DNA from: Vermamoeba vermiformis
Lineage: Eukaryota
Reading direction: 5' to 3'
Assembly: GCA_045837725.1 (NCBI GenBank)
Contig: JBEWZL010000145.1
Coordinates: 1-64,000, forward strand
DNA length: 64,000 nt
Position 1 is the first letter of the stretch. The number at the start of each line of letters is the position of its first letter. Below, one piece after another: positions 1-11,890 of this stretch. The notes below the pieces were generated by a model, which made no database searches, was not told where the DNA came from, and worked only from the letters and a program-made list of their open reading frames with translations. The position numbers and the translations under genes were made by a program.

Positions 1-3000
1 CAATACATTCACAACTTGTCGTCAATGATTCAAAAAACAATACCACGAGTATTTCCAAATTAGGAAATATTTTGATTCTTTACGACAACAGAAAAAGAAG
101 AGTTGAACCGGGTTTATTTAATTCATTCCAAACGAACGTAACACCACTACTCGCCACATTGTCGTATATGATGGACAATAAGGCTAGCGTAGTATCTTTA
201 CTCGTTATTTCTTTTCTCTTGCTGTCTAGTGCTGGATTTGGCGTGGATGCGAAACGCTTCGACCGTCACTACCGTTTAAACGACCGAACCGGAAGTAAGA
301 TATTTCCCTGATATTTAAAATGCTCTTAGAATAACTCCCGTGGAGTCGTTCAAGAGGTTCCTCAAGGTTATTTAGAGATCTCCTCGGTATTGGAGTCAAG
401 GTACGCTATTGTCCAAATTAATCATGAATTTTGAAGCTTATTTTCATAAACGATCAGATTTGCAACGACAACTCTTGGAATGAGCATCAAAAACATCGCT
501 ACGACCGATCAGGAACTTCCATTCGTAGTCGAGGTCCCATTGAGCGCGTTCATTACCTATTTCTCGCTTGAAGTCAACGGCAGATTGTTCGTTGGTACTG
601 TCGTCGAGAAATCCGAAGCCGAGCAGATCTACGAAGACGCCAAAAACCAAAACAAGACCGCTGGCATGGTAGAAGGTGCCTCTGGTAGTCCGTTGACCCA
701 AACGTTTGCCGTCAGCGCTAATGTTGGTGCGGGACTGACCGCCAAATTTACCTTGATCTACAAAATGCTGCTCACTAGGTAAAAACAGTCTAAATATACT
801 TGCTTCATTATTAACATATTATTTAGAAAACTTGGCAAATACGAGTACTTGTTGTACGTCCCTACCAATATCAGTTCGCTCTCGATCGACGCTACAGTGT
901 TCGAACCATCAGGACTTTATTCATTGCAATCTCCGTCGCATAATAACGACATTACTATCGTCTCAAATAGCACGTGGGGTCAAGCAACTTACGGCCTTGG
1001 CAAGTAAGTGAATTTATATTTGTTCATCCAAACGACCAGATCTGACTTATGTCTTCAGCCCTGCCAATCCGTTGAGTGGCCCAGTAGTCCTTAGATATGA
1101 AATAGGTGCCATGTCTGATGCGGGTATGTAATTCTGGATATACAGGTTAATATGTAACTAATGACCGTGCCAGGCAACCTGTTGGTGAACAACAACTACT
1201 TTGTTCATTTCTTTTCGCCCTCAAATCTGCCGACAATCCCCAAATCAGTTATTCTTATCATCGACACGTCAGGTATATTATAAGATAACCTACATGTTCG
1301 TAAGCTTATGATAACAATCTTTAAAATCGAAGGTTCTATGAGTGGCAGCAAAATAGAGCAGGCCCGAAACGCCGCTTCAACATTCGTCTCGTGGCTCAGC
1401 AGTGAAGATAAATTCAATGTCATTTCATTCTCTGTAAGCAAAATGCATGATTACTTAAAAGTTATACGGTGAAGTCTAATGTTTGATGTAGAGCGCCGTT
1501 AGTTTGTGGCGGTCAACTCCGGTCTCAGCCTCGGATTACAACAAAGACCAAGGAAAACAATTCATTTCAAATCTTCGGGCTGATGGCAGCACCAACATCA
1601 ATCAGGCTTTGTTGCAAGCGTTGAGTAGCATCAACACCGGCTACTCGAGCTCATATCTACCCATCATCGTTTTCCTTACTGACGGTAAGATAGCTTCCAT
1701 CAATTAGTAGGACATATCGCTAAACTGTCTCGCGTACTAGGTGAGGCTACGGAAGGAGAAACAAATTCGGACAACATCAGATCCAATGTGCGCAATGTTA
1801 ATGTCAACGGAGTATCGATCTTCTGCTTAGGATTTGGTTACTCTTTAGATTATGAATTGTTGCGATCAATCGCTGCTGAGAATAACGGGTAAGGTTTGAC
1901 ACTTTGACACTTTCGAAAGTATTTCCACCTTGACACGTGTCAACAAACTAACATTTCTTTGCAGTTTCGATCGCCGTATTATCGACGATTCATCAGCTCA
2001 ATCGCAATTAGAATCGTTCTTCGCTGAAATCAATAAGCCAATCATGAGCTCTGTGGTTATCGAGTACAATCCTGATCAAAGGTACGAGCGACTTCAACCT
2101 CAATTCATAGCTTTCTCTAATCTCCTCGACAGCACTAAGGACGTCACGCAGAATTCGTTTAAGTACTTGTTCGAAGGGTCTGAGATTATCGTCACCGGAA
2201 GAATTGCGAGTGCAGTCACTGCGGTCGATGTCCACGTGACAGGCAGCACGAAGAACGGACCTGTAGAGTACAACAAGAACGTTCCCGTGAGCAATACTAC
2301 GCAACTGAACACGGAGGTCATTTGGGCCTATTGGACTATTCAAGAATTGGTCGCACAATATGACATTCAAAATAGTCTTGGAAACCAAGTCGAAGCCAAC
2401 AGTTCGCGAGCCAGGTAAGATTTTTACACGAATAGTCTATGAGGTAACTATTAACGAGTCATATAGAGCCACGCAAATGGCGCTGGATTATCAATTTGTG
2501 ACGCCGTTCACGTCAATGATTGTCGTCGCCAATGATACGAACAACAACTCTCCGCCCATCACAACCAAGCCCATAGATCCGAACTACAATCCAGGCACAT
2601 TGACCCAGTATAGCAGTGGTGCTATTGGTCACTATCAGCCAATGAGGTTTAGTCGTTTCATCTCGGCTCTTGTTATTGCCGCCCTTTTGATTGCAACATA
2701 AACCGTCTATGGCGGAGTAATGAGCTTTTGTACGAAACACAACTAAAGATCTTTAACTTGCGCGATCGGGCATTTTCGGTTGGTTGTTGTGCGCTGGCTG
2801 AAGCCTTTTGACGGCTGCGGACAAAAAATCTTTTTCTTTCTTTTTTCCAATTTTTGTTATCTCAGTTTGCCAAGCGACACATTAGTCCTAACTCTAACAT
2901 AGAGATCATTTAGTGTTAGCATTACGCATAACTTACCGAATTTTTTTGGAATTGATAAAGTATTTTTGAAAGTACAGACTATGGAAAGCAGTCGCGTAAG

Positions 3001-4727
3001 TCAATCAATTTTTTAAAATTAATGCGATGTTAAATAATAATGTATTAGAATTTATTTGAAGAGTTTCCACCAGAAATCAACTTTTGGATCGAATCATTTT
3101 TTGACAGAGAATGCCGTTTAAGAGCACGATTAATTTGCAAGAAGTGGTTTTAGCTATATAATACCTCAAATTTTGATATTTATTTGCCTGATGGCTCTCA
3201 AATAGACGATATCGTTGACACGTTCAGCAGATGTCAACAACCATTCAGTTTGAAGTTTCATAAAGCAGATAAACTCTCGCAGAAGGTCATGGGTACCCGC
3301 GATGTATTTAATAAGCTGACGAACCTCACTGGCCTTGAATTTTCAATGTTGAACAAGAAACGATTGGAATCATTGTTGGTTTTAAACTTTTCGCCGGATC
3401 TCCAACGCGTTGAAGGACCTTTATCGATCAAATTCTCCCACTCATTAGTAGCAACATCGTTAACTCGCTTGGACGTTAGTTCAATGCTCGCCGACAAAGC
3501 AAAGGATTGGCCCAAATTGCCAAATTTGGAATTCTACGCTGGACGTGGCTTTGCTAAAATTCCAATATTTGAACAGACGCCCAAACTTACAACATTAATA
3601 ATACGACGTACTGACGTCGATTGGCTGGTGCAACAAAAATTGAACAAATTGAAGAATCTTAAAGTTTTGAAGATCTGCGAAAACTGCTCGCTAGTACACG
3701 ATATTTTTTTAAAATTGCCTAATTTGGAAGATGTCGAAGTAATGGCTCCTCAGTCGAGATCTGTTGAGTGTAACAGTACAAGACTGACACGATTAAAGAC
3801 GAAGATTTTGTTTCAAGGATTCACCAAACATTCAACAACGCTCAAGTCATTGACAGTACAACCTGGAAAACTTGGTCGCACGAATGACAATGATTTGATC
3901 GGATTAAAAGAATTTCCGCATTTAGAAGAATTTTGTTTAAATGGGCAAGAAGAAGAGCAACAGAATATTGAAGTCACCATAAAAATTTTCCAATTCATGA
4001 ACCCAAAAACGCTCACAAAGTTGTCAGTAGACCTAAAATCGAAAGAAATTGAAATTTCATCGTTCACGAACCTCCGCGAGCTCAATTTAGCGCTACGTCA
4101 ATCAATCATTGAAATGGCGGTTTTATCAAATTTATCAAACTTGACCAAACTATCGATTGGAGGCATCAAAACACCTGAACTGGATTGGCTAAATAGACTA
4201 ACGAACCTACGAGCACTATACTTGGACTTCAAATCATTACATAACTCCAACGAAGTGCCACTGGATCTTGCGGAATTGACCAACTTGCGAACACTTGTCA
4301 TCACACCACGAACCAACAAAGTCATCCATTCGCTCACCAAACTGACGAAACTGGAGAGACTTGAGTTCCCAATAACAAATGAAGACATTTTTCACGACCA
4401 ATGGCTTGCATTGACTTCATTATCTTTCCGTCAAGCCACAGACAACGAAAAAGTTTCAAAGTTGACACGACTGCGAGAGTTAAATTGCATTGTGATTACA
4501 AATGACGAGATAGTACAGCTCACGAGTATGCAGAAACTGACGAGATTCATTTGCAGAAGCACCACAGCGAACTCGATGTTTTTGACACATTTGACATCTT
4601 TGCAGTCCGTTGCGTTCTCGAGCAATGTATCACCCGCTGACTGGGCCACGGTGCAGCCTTGGTCTTATTACAACGCTTACCCTGATGTCATCAGAAAACT
4701 TCCGAATTTTATCGAAGGACCAAAAGA
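1..4727. repeat. Left arm of large inverted duplication (runs off the left window edge)
   Basis: Position 1 (caatacattcacaacttgtc) is the reverse complement of 39359-39378. ORF translations 72/480/1504/1930/2360/3184 are near-identical to 39069/38529/37612/36901/36618/34525. Similarity ends at ggaccaaaaga (~4727). Confidence 0.95.
168..2701 (+). CDS. Inter-alpha-trypsin inhibitor heavy chain-like VIT-vWA protein with signal peptide and GPI-type C-terminus (copy 1, intron 1/exon 2 junction damaged)
   Basis: Signal peptide MMDNKASVVSLL, VIT segment (SRFATTTL...AFITYF...KSEAEQIYE), YFVHFFSP, MIDAS IIDTSGSM, GSTNINQAL, FLTDG, YQFVTPFTSMIVV and a hydrophobic tail. About 12 GT-AG introns. Confidence 0.85.
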
Positions 4728-4767
4728 TCATGCTAACACGCTGCCCTTGTATGCATTATATGATTGA
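2981..4767 (+). pseudogene. F-box + LRR protein, copy 1, with in-frame TAG at 3151-3153
   Basis: Exon 2981-2995, intron 2996-3048, then NLFEEFPPEINFWIESFF...RARLICKKWF* in frame with the 527-aa LRR ORF. The paralog has CAG at this codon. Confidence 0.8.
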
Positions 4768-4805
4768 TTTAATCTCATATAGTAAACAAGTAAATACAAA
4801 AACGT

Positions 4806-6703
4806 TTACAATCCCATTGGATAGGTCTCGGGCTCGTTAACATTAACGACGCTACGTGCGTCGAGTGGCTCAAGAGCTGAAGTTTCATCGATGTGAATGA
4901 CGCAGTCAAACTGTTGCGATATTTTGCAATTGAAATAATGGCTGTATCTCTCTGTATCGGGCTTATAAATCACCCCAATAGCTCGTTCTAGTTTGTTTTT
5001 GCCTAGCTCATTAACTGCAAAAGAGCGAATCAGTGACACTTCGAAATGACACTTTGACACTTTGACACTTACCAAGTTCTTTGTCGATTTTAATGTTTCC
5101 TGAGGGATTGGTTCTGAACAAAAGCATAAACTCTTTTTTGCCGACGCTGTGGAATAGTTCTTCGTAACTTCCAGGCATTCCTTTGTTCACTTGCATTGTG
5201 CGCACATCGCCGTCCCATTCGTCCGCAGCCGAGACCGTGCCTATTTGAAATCTCAGTTAATACTAGTCTCTATATTCAGTAGATATCATTAATATGATCG
5301 TACCTGTGTACGTCGTAAAACCAATGTTGAATGTATTTTCTTTGCCCCATTTTTCACGCACCAGTTGGCCAATATTAATTTCTTTGTCTATAGCACCAAT
5401 AAAGTTAGAACCCATCGGTTATTATTGTAGCCAACACCTATTATAAATTTTATAATACTTACTCTTTGCAGCGTCCGTGGCGCTTGCATCGCCCAAGTGC
5501 GAGTTGTGTGCCCACACGACTGCTTTGGCGACAGATCCGCCAACTTCTTGTTTGCTCGTTTCAATGAAATCCATAATCTCTTTTAGTGTCTCGACCATAT
5601 GTGAGTCTCGCATGTTCCAAGTGTCTGAAGAAAGAAATGCAAGGTTAGATCTGATCGCGCAACCACATCTACAAGTTTCAGACTTACTTCCTGAAAACAT
5701 GCACCTATAATATTCCTCTGCGTTCTTAACGACCTTTGCATTAATTTCGGCTGCAAATAAATCTTCTCCTTCGCGCAGAGATTCTTGTTGCGTGGCTGAT
5801 TTTTTGTTCATTTCTGAGAGTTCTCTTGTTACTTCGATTTCCCGATCTTTATCGAATCCAAAATTAGTGGCGTAGCCGTACGCTTGCGCGTCTGATTTAT
5901 ATCGATCGAAAAATGCATAGCGTTCCCTGGCCCGAGAATAAGCAACCGGATCCTTGTCTTTCAAATATCGAAGGACCTTAAAACGAAGAATTAGCCATAT
6001 AGTGATATTATAATAATTTTTTTAAATAACAAGAAGCAAATTCAGAAAAGAACGCGTGGAGTGACACTTGGATGTACTCCGAGAAAATTGAAAATTTTTA
6101 GACTTACCGCCTGCGCTGATTCGTAAAATGAATATAAATCGAGCCCGTAGAACCCGACTTTCATAGTTTGATCCGTTTGTTTATCGTTCCATTCCTTCAG
6201 CCACTTAATAAAATCAAGCATGACTTTGTTCCGCCACATCCAGCGTGGAAACCTATCAGCATTAAAACCTAGTTATACAGCTGTTTATATTACCTTTCAA
6301 AGCGACTGAACGCTTGGTCGAGAGTTGGCGCTCCCTTGCCTCGGACAAATCTGGTAAAAGTCAGATTCAATTTCATGAGTTAATGATTAAACATTACTAA
6401 TAGGGACTTACTTGTTTATTTCAAATGCATCGGGCCAATCAGCCTCTGCTGCGATAAAGGTCACACCTTTTTCGATAATTAATTTTTTGGTGATCTCGCA
6501 TCTTTCTCGATAAAACTCGTGTGTTCCGTGCGATGCCTCTCCTACAGTAATTGATATAAGAATATGGCATCTTAAATTATTATTATCCTACCTATTAACA
6601 CGACCTTGGCAGTGCCTATAGCTCTTAAGATGCTCGTGTAATCTTTGGCAGGAAGTGCGGATCTGCTGATCAAATCTACCAAATTTTGACTCTTTGAAGT
6701 CAT
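4806..6703 (-). CDS. Erythromycin esterase (Ere/TIKI-superfamily) family protein
   Basis: Spliced motifs IGEASHGTHEFYRER, AEADWPDA, FPRWMWRN, FYGLDLYS, WNMRDSHM, WAHNSHLGDA, ERAIGVIYKPDTERYSHYF and ETYPMGL*. Confidence 0.9.
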
Positions 6704-7278
6704 GTGCGATAATACGTGCTTAGCTGAATTAATCAGTTTGAATGATTGTAGTTGATTATTACTTTGCTATTATATAAAAAATAGAAAAGTTTTTCAAGTT
6801 CAGATGTGGTGCAGATGTGGTTATTGTTAATTAAAAAAACCCGCTTTTTGGTGAAAGACATGCATATCGATTTAAAGGAGGATAACTCGCTAAAAATATC
6901 GAAATAAAAGAAAGCTTGATGAAAATTCAATGATTTTCTCGGCTTATTGCTTGAATCAATTTCGAACAAAAAATTTCGATACGATTTTGTTAACGCAAAT
7001 GTATGGCTTTTACCATTAGTATGATTTGTCTAAATTTTTTTTCTGCGGATCCGATCTGTTACAAATTTATAACCAAAAAAGTATATTTGTTATTAAAAAT
7101 TAATTGCAACGCTTACATTCGCTTTCAAGCTATTTTCAACGCGAAATCTGGTCTGCATCTGCTTTTTCGTTCGATTCTACGATCTACAGTACATCAATTA
7201 AAAAAGCAATGTTTATTGCATTAAAAAGAAATTATTATAAGATTGTTATTATTTAAAAATTAAGATCGGAGTTTTTTC

Positions 7279-9752
7279 TTACGCAGAGCAACGCAACATT
7301 TCAAAGATGAGCATTCGCCACATCCGAACAACAAACGTTTCAGCCTCATCCAACAACTCCTTCAATTGATCTAATACTTCTAACGGCTTGCTATGTTCGG
7401 AAATCTTTTTGCAAATGTATTCGATCAGCGCATCCGTTTCGTCACCTTCACCAAAGTACTCTGTAATTTTCTTCGTGATCCAAGGTCTCATCTTTTGTTG
7501 GACAAGATTATGCTATAAAAACAACGTTAATACGCCATATACATCATCCTTTAATACTTAAAATCTCTAGTGTAATTAACGGATCAAGATCCAGTTAGCG
7601 CGTAACGGATTTGGATTTGGACTTACCTGATCTACAACAGCCCAATCAATAGTATAATTAAACAACTGTTCTTTGTCAGTAGGAATTCTTTCAATAACAC
7701 TCTTCAACTCCTCGCTCTTAGCTTTTTTATCAACTCCTGCAAAGTCCAACCCAACTCCAGGCCTGAAAAATAACAAAAATAAATACTGATGTCTAATTTA
7801 TACTATAATATTATAATACGATACGTACTTTTTCTTTTTAATAGCGTCATATTGTTCAGGTTCTTCAGCTTCTTGCCAGCCAATCGCAACTTTCGGTGCT
7901 GCTGCGCCACCAGTGGATGAAGTCAATTTCAGACCTAATTTCAACGGCGCTGCTCCTGCGCTATTATTTGACGGTGAAGTGATCGCAGGACTAGCTGCTG
8001 ATCGTTCTTCTCGTCGTTGTGCTTCGAGTTCTTCTTGTCGCAGTTCTTCTTCCCTTCGTCTGCGTTCTTCCTCTTGTCGTCTAATACAAGTAATAAGCAT
8101 TAATACTCATGTAATTAATTAAAATCTCGCGAAAAATGAAGCAGAAAAACATTTGTGGATCTGATCGGTGAAGCTTCATCCGTTTGGAAATTGATCTGAT
8201 TCCAGTATATGATTAGTAGTACGTACCTCTCTTCTTCAATTCGTCTCTGTTCAATTTCTTCGAGCTCAGCAACGCGTTCTCGTTCATCTTCTTCGAGTTC
8301 ACGTTGTCGTTCTCTTCGCTTTTCACGCGATCTGATCTTACGTCTGTGTTGTCTATTATGATAATACATTAGTAATGATATTAGTAGGTGTTGAGTTAAT
8401 GAATATTTACCTATCGTCTTCTTCGTCAATTTCAATGTTGCGCTGTCTCAGTTCAATTCTTTTACGCTCCATCATCAATCGTCGTTCTTTTTCCTTTTCA
8501 CGGTCCTTTTCGTGACCCTCCCATTCACGCTCTTTGTTTCTAAACTCACGTTCAGCACGTTCTTTTCGACGTTCTTCACGCTCCCGTTCTCTTTCTTCTC
8601 GTCGACGATTCTCCTCTTCCTCACGTGCCTTATTTCGTTCTCTATCGTTCCTATCATTGCGCGTTTGTTCTTCTTGCACGCGCTGCTTGACTTTTCGTTC
8701 GTCAATGCCGTATGCACGGTGATACTCTGTAACAATGTCTGTGATTTGTTTCTTCAGATCTAGTAACTCCGGATCAAACTCCAGCTCAGCAGCCGTGAAG
8801 CCTCCTTCTGCTACTATAGGTGCAGCACTAGGATTTTTATTTTTGTCCATAATTTCCTTCTTGACTGTGGTATATGAATCGAGATACTTTTGTGTTTTTT
8901 CATCGACTTTCAACTACAATTATACACGTTAATTTTGTTCGGATGATAACGATTTGAATAATATACCTGAAGATTTTTATCGCCTAAAAATAGATCGCTG
9001 AGTAATTTAACTGCTCTTAATGCACCTTGAGCGTTCTTGAAATCGGCAAAACCGAAAGTTTTTAATTGACCGGTCGCAGCATCAGGCAATCGTTTCCAAC
9101 TCACTACTTCTCCGCATTTCTATTCGAAGAAATTTATTAATAAGGATTAATTTTATATTTAAAAGATAATTACCTCGAGCAATTTCTTGATTGCGTCATC
9201 ACCAACTCCAGGAGTAATTCTGCCGACCCAAACGGTTGTAACTTTGTCTTCTAATGCTGGATTAACAGGCCTTGGTGGCGGTACTTTCGGAGCACCTCCT
9301 AATATATTATAAATTAGAATATAACTGCAAGTAAAGGCACGCAAGTTCGTGTTTCAGTGGATCTTGTAATTTCTATCAGTTTAACGTACCCATTGGCGGC
9401 ATCATCATAGGACCATTAGGAGGCATCATTCCCATTGGGGGCGGTGGATACATCATTGGTGGAGCACCTACAATAATTTAGTTATTTTTTAAAATTATTC
9501 GCAATGTTATTTTGCCTCTAAAATGCTGAATAATTGTCATAACAATAATCTATAAAATAAATAATTTTTTTATTGATATTTAATTAATTTTGGGCAGTAA
9601 ATTATCGAGTTCGCATCTGAGGATCTCGTAAGGCCATTAAAAATCAATTTAAGAAAATATTAACACTTACCGTATGGCGGTGCACCATACATATTTGGTG
9701 GCATTCCTCCCATTGGTGGTGCAGGCATCTGTTGACCGAATCGGGGATCCAT
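7279..9752 (-). CDS. RBM25: RBM25-like splicing factor (Pro-rich, RRM, R/E-rich, PWI)
   Basis: TTVWVGRI...SWKR...FGFADF RRM, a long R/E repeat, and PWI domain IPTDKEQLFNYTIDW...MRPWITKKITEYFGE...FVVRMWRMLIFE. Confidence 0.9.
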
Positions 9753-10243
9753 TTTGTATTATACAGGCTGAATGGTATTGACTCGAGTTAATATTATACA
9801 AGTGTTGTTATATACAAGCCAAAAAGATCAACAAAGTGAAATCGTGCTTGTTCGATTTTGGAAGAAGTTTCCGTTAGGTAGGGCAAGATTTCCTGTCACG
9901 TGCGACTGTCACTGGGCACCACCGGCAGATAAGGATGCTACTAAAAAGACAGCAGTTGCGATTTCATGAATGTTTCACAGCCGGCATACAGAGGTGAAAA
10001 GGCAATGTCTCCGTAGAAACGGCCCGAAAAACAGCGTGTCCACTTAAGGAACCGTTGTGGTTAAAAGTTTCGCCTACATCATACGAGAGGCTAGCAATGT
10101 ACTTCCTATCCGCTTTAAGGAACAGCTAATCTCGTTGACAGAAAAGCAGTCCCAAAAAAAGTTCACACGTAATCTTTTTAAAACTGAAACGTTCACCGGA
10201 CATCATTTGTATACTAACTCACGAAAACAAACACAACAAGTCG

Positions 10244-11549
10244 ATGCCAACCTCTAGCCTGTTCATCGTCGCAGTAGTTCTCCTGTTTGGATCCGTCGCA
10301 CGCTCTGAATGCATCTCGGGGAATAACCCTGCGATCACGAAGCTATCTACACCTTTAACAACAACCACTACCGTCACGTTTGATGACATTGGATTAAGTG
10401 TCTATCAAGCCGATATGGCCTGGTTTAGCGGTGTTGGAGCGTTGAACGTTTCAAGCAAGTGGGGCCAGAAAATCTCCTTGTCCGGGGATCTCAACACCAA
10501 CTCCTGCGATTTGCGCAATGGCTATCAGGCTCGTAATTTTGGATTAGTTTGGAATGGCACAGCTTTCTGGTCAGGATCGACAACGGAGAAACCTGGATTT
10601 TTCGTTGCAGGATACCCAGGTGGATGGTGCACCTTGAGCTTCGATCCCCCAATCTACGCATTTGTAGCACGAGCTGTTCGAGATTCATCATTTGATTACA
10701 CAGCGTTTGTGGAGATTTACGACGTGGATTCAAATCTGATCGACTGTCGGAACCTTACAAACTTGAGCGGAACTAACGTCTTCAGCTATACTGGCTTTAT
10801 TTCCACCATTCCTATCGGAGACGTTAGATTTTACACCGTTGGCGCTCCTGGTCCCTATTTTTTCGCTGACAACATCCAATACTTGGCATGCGACAAAGGA
10901 TATGCTTGGAATGGCACTGAATGCGTTGGTAAGCATTAGAATCATAACCGTTTTATTCATAAATATAACCTACAAGATTTTTAAAGATTAAAAAAATCCG
11001 TTGACTTTCTAACGTTGCGTTCGCCAGACGCCGACGAATGTCTCCGTAATCCTTGCGCTGAAAATGAACTGTGCGAGAATACCGTGGGGTCTTATACGTG
11101 CGTTTGCAAGGACGGATACGAGAACAAAAATGGAACTTGTGTTGGTAAGTGGATAGAGATCTCGCCCTTCGGAGCCAGTCCGGAACCCTCGAAATCAGAG
11201 GCTAATTGTTTTCCAAGATATCGACGAGTGCACTACCCTCTCACCGTGCAGCCCAGTTGCATCTTGTTCCAACACTAACGGCTCGTTCACATGCACCTGC
11301 CAAGACGGCTACTCGGGTGATGGTGTCGGTCCGAATGGCTGTCAAATGACTCAATCTCCAACCAATGGCAACACCCCCGGATCGAATGGCAACACTCCCG
11401 AATCGAATGGCAGTCCTTCACCAAACACGCCTTCATCGAATGCCCCTTCTTCACGAAGTCCTACCTCCAGAATCACTTCGTCTGCGGCCACTTCATTCGC
11501 AACGCTATCAATCTTGATTTCATTTCTCGTTGCAATTATTGTCATGTAG
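10244..11549 (+). CDS. Secreted/GPI-type surface protein with N-terminal beta-rich domain, Ca-binding EGF repeats and S/P/N/T stalk
   Basis: Signal peptide, DADEC...CENTVGSYTCVC and DIDEC...CSNTNGSFTCTC in separate exons, and a hydrophobic C-terminus after TSSAA. Confidence 0.85.
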
Positions 11550-11890
11550 TCGGATTTTCTTATCGGAGAAGTTCCGGAACGGATCGCGACAGTAAACATG
11601 AGTTATGCATACTTGATAGGTTCCATATCCCAATGTATTAGTTAAACATGTATGTATCTAAATATATATGCCAGTAAGATTTTAAAACGCTGTCAAACTT
11701 TGACATCGAAAGGTTGACACGGGTATACAAGAAAAAATGAAAACGAACCTCCTTGTATTATTAAAACACAAAAAATGGGCACTGTATGTATTAAGCGATT
11801 GAGTGCTCTTATCACTAATAGTTTTTTATTCAAAAGAAAAGGATATTATTACAAAACGAGATAGACCAAAACTAATTGAAGAAAATCTCC

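Noticed and set aside
3151-3153. TAG reassigned to Gln (alternative genetic code)
   Set aside because: TAG and TAA serve as normal stops in other genes here (e.g. 11549, 24803, 45995) and long exons contain no other in-frame TAG. A single nonsense change is simpler.
8475-8932. Overlapping S/R/F-rich ORFs on both strands
   Set aside because: Shadows of the low-complexity R/E region of RBM25. The same applies to shadow ORFs over VASP (12208-13010) and the LRR genes.
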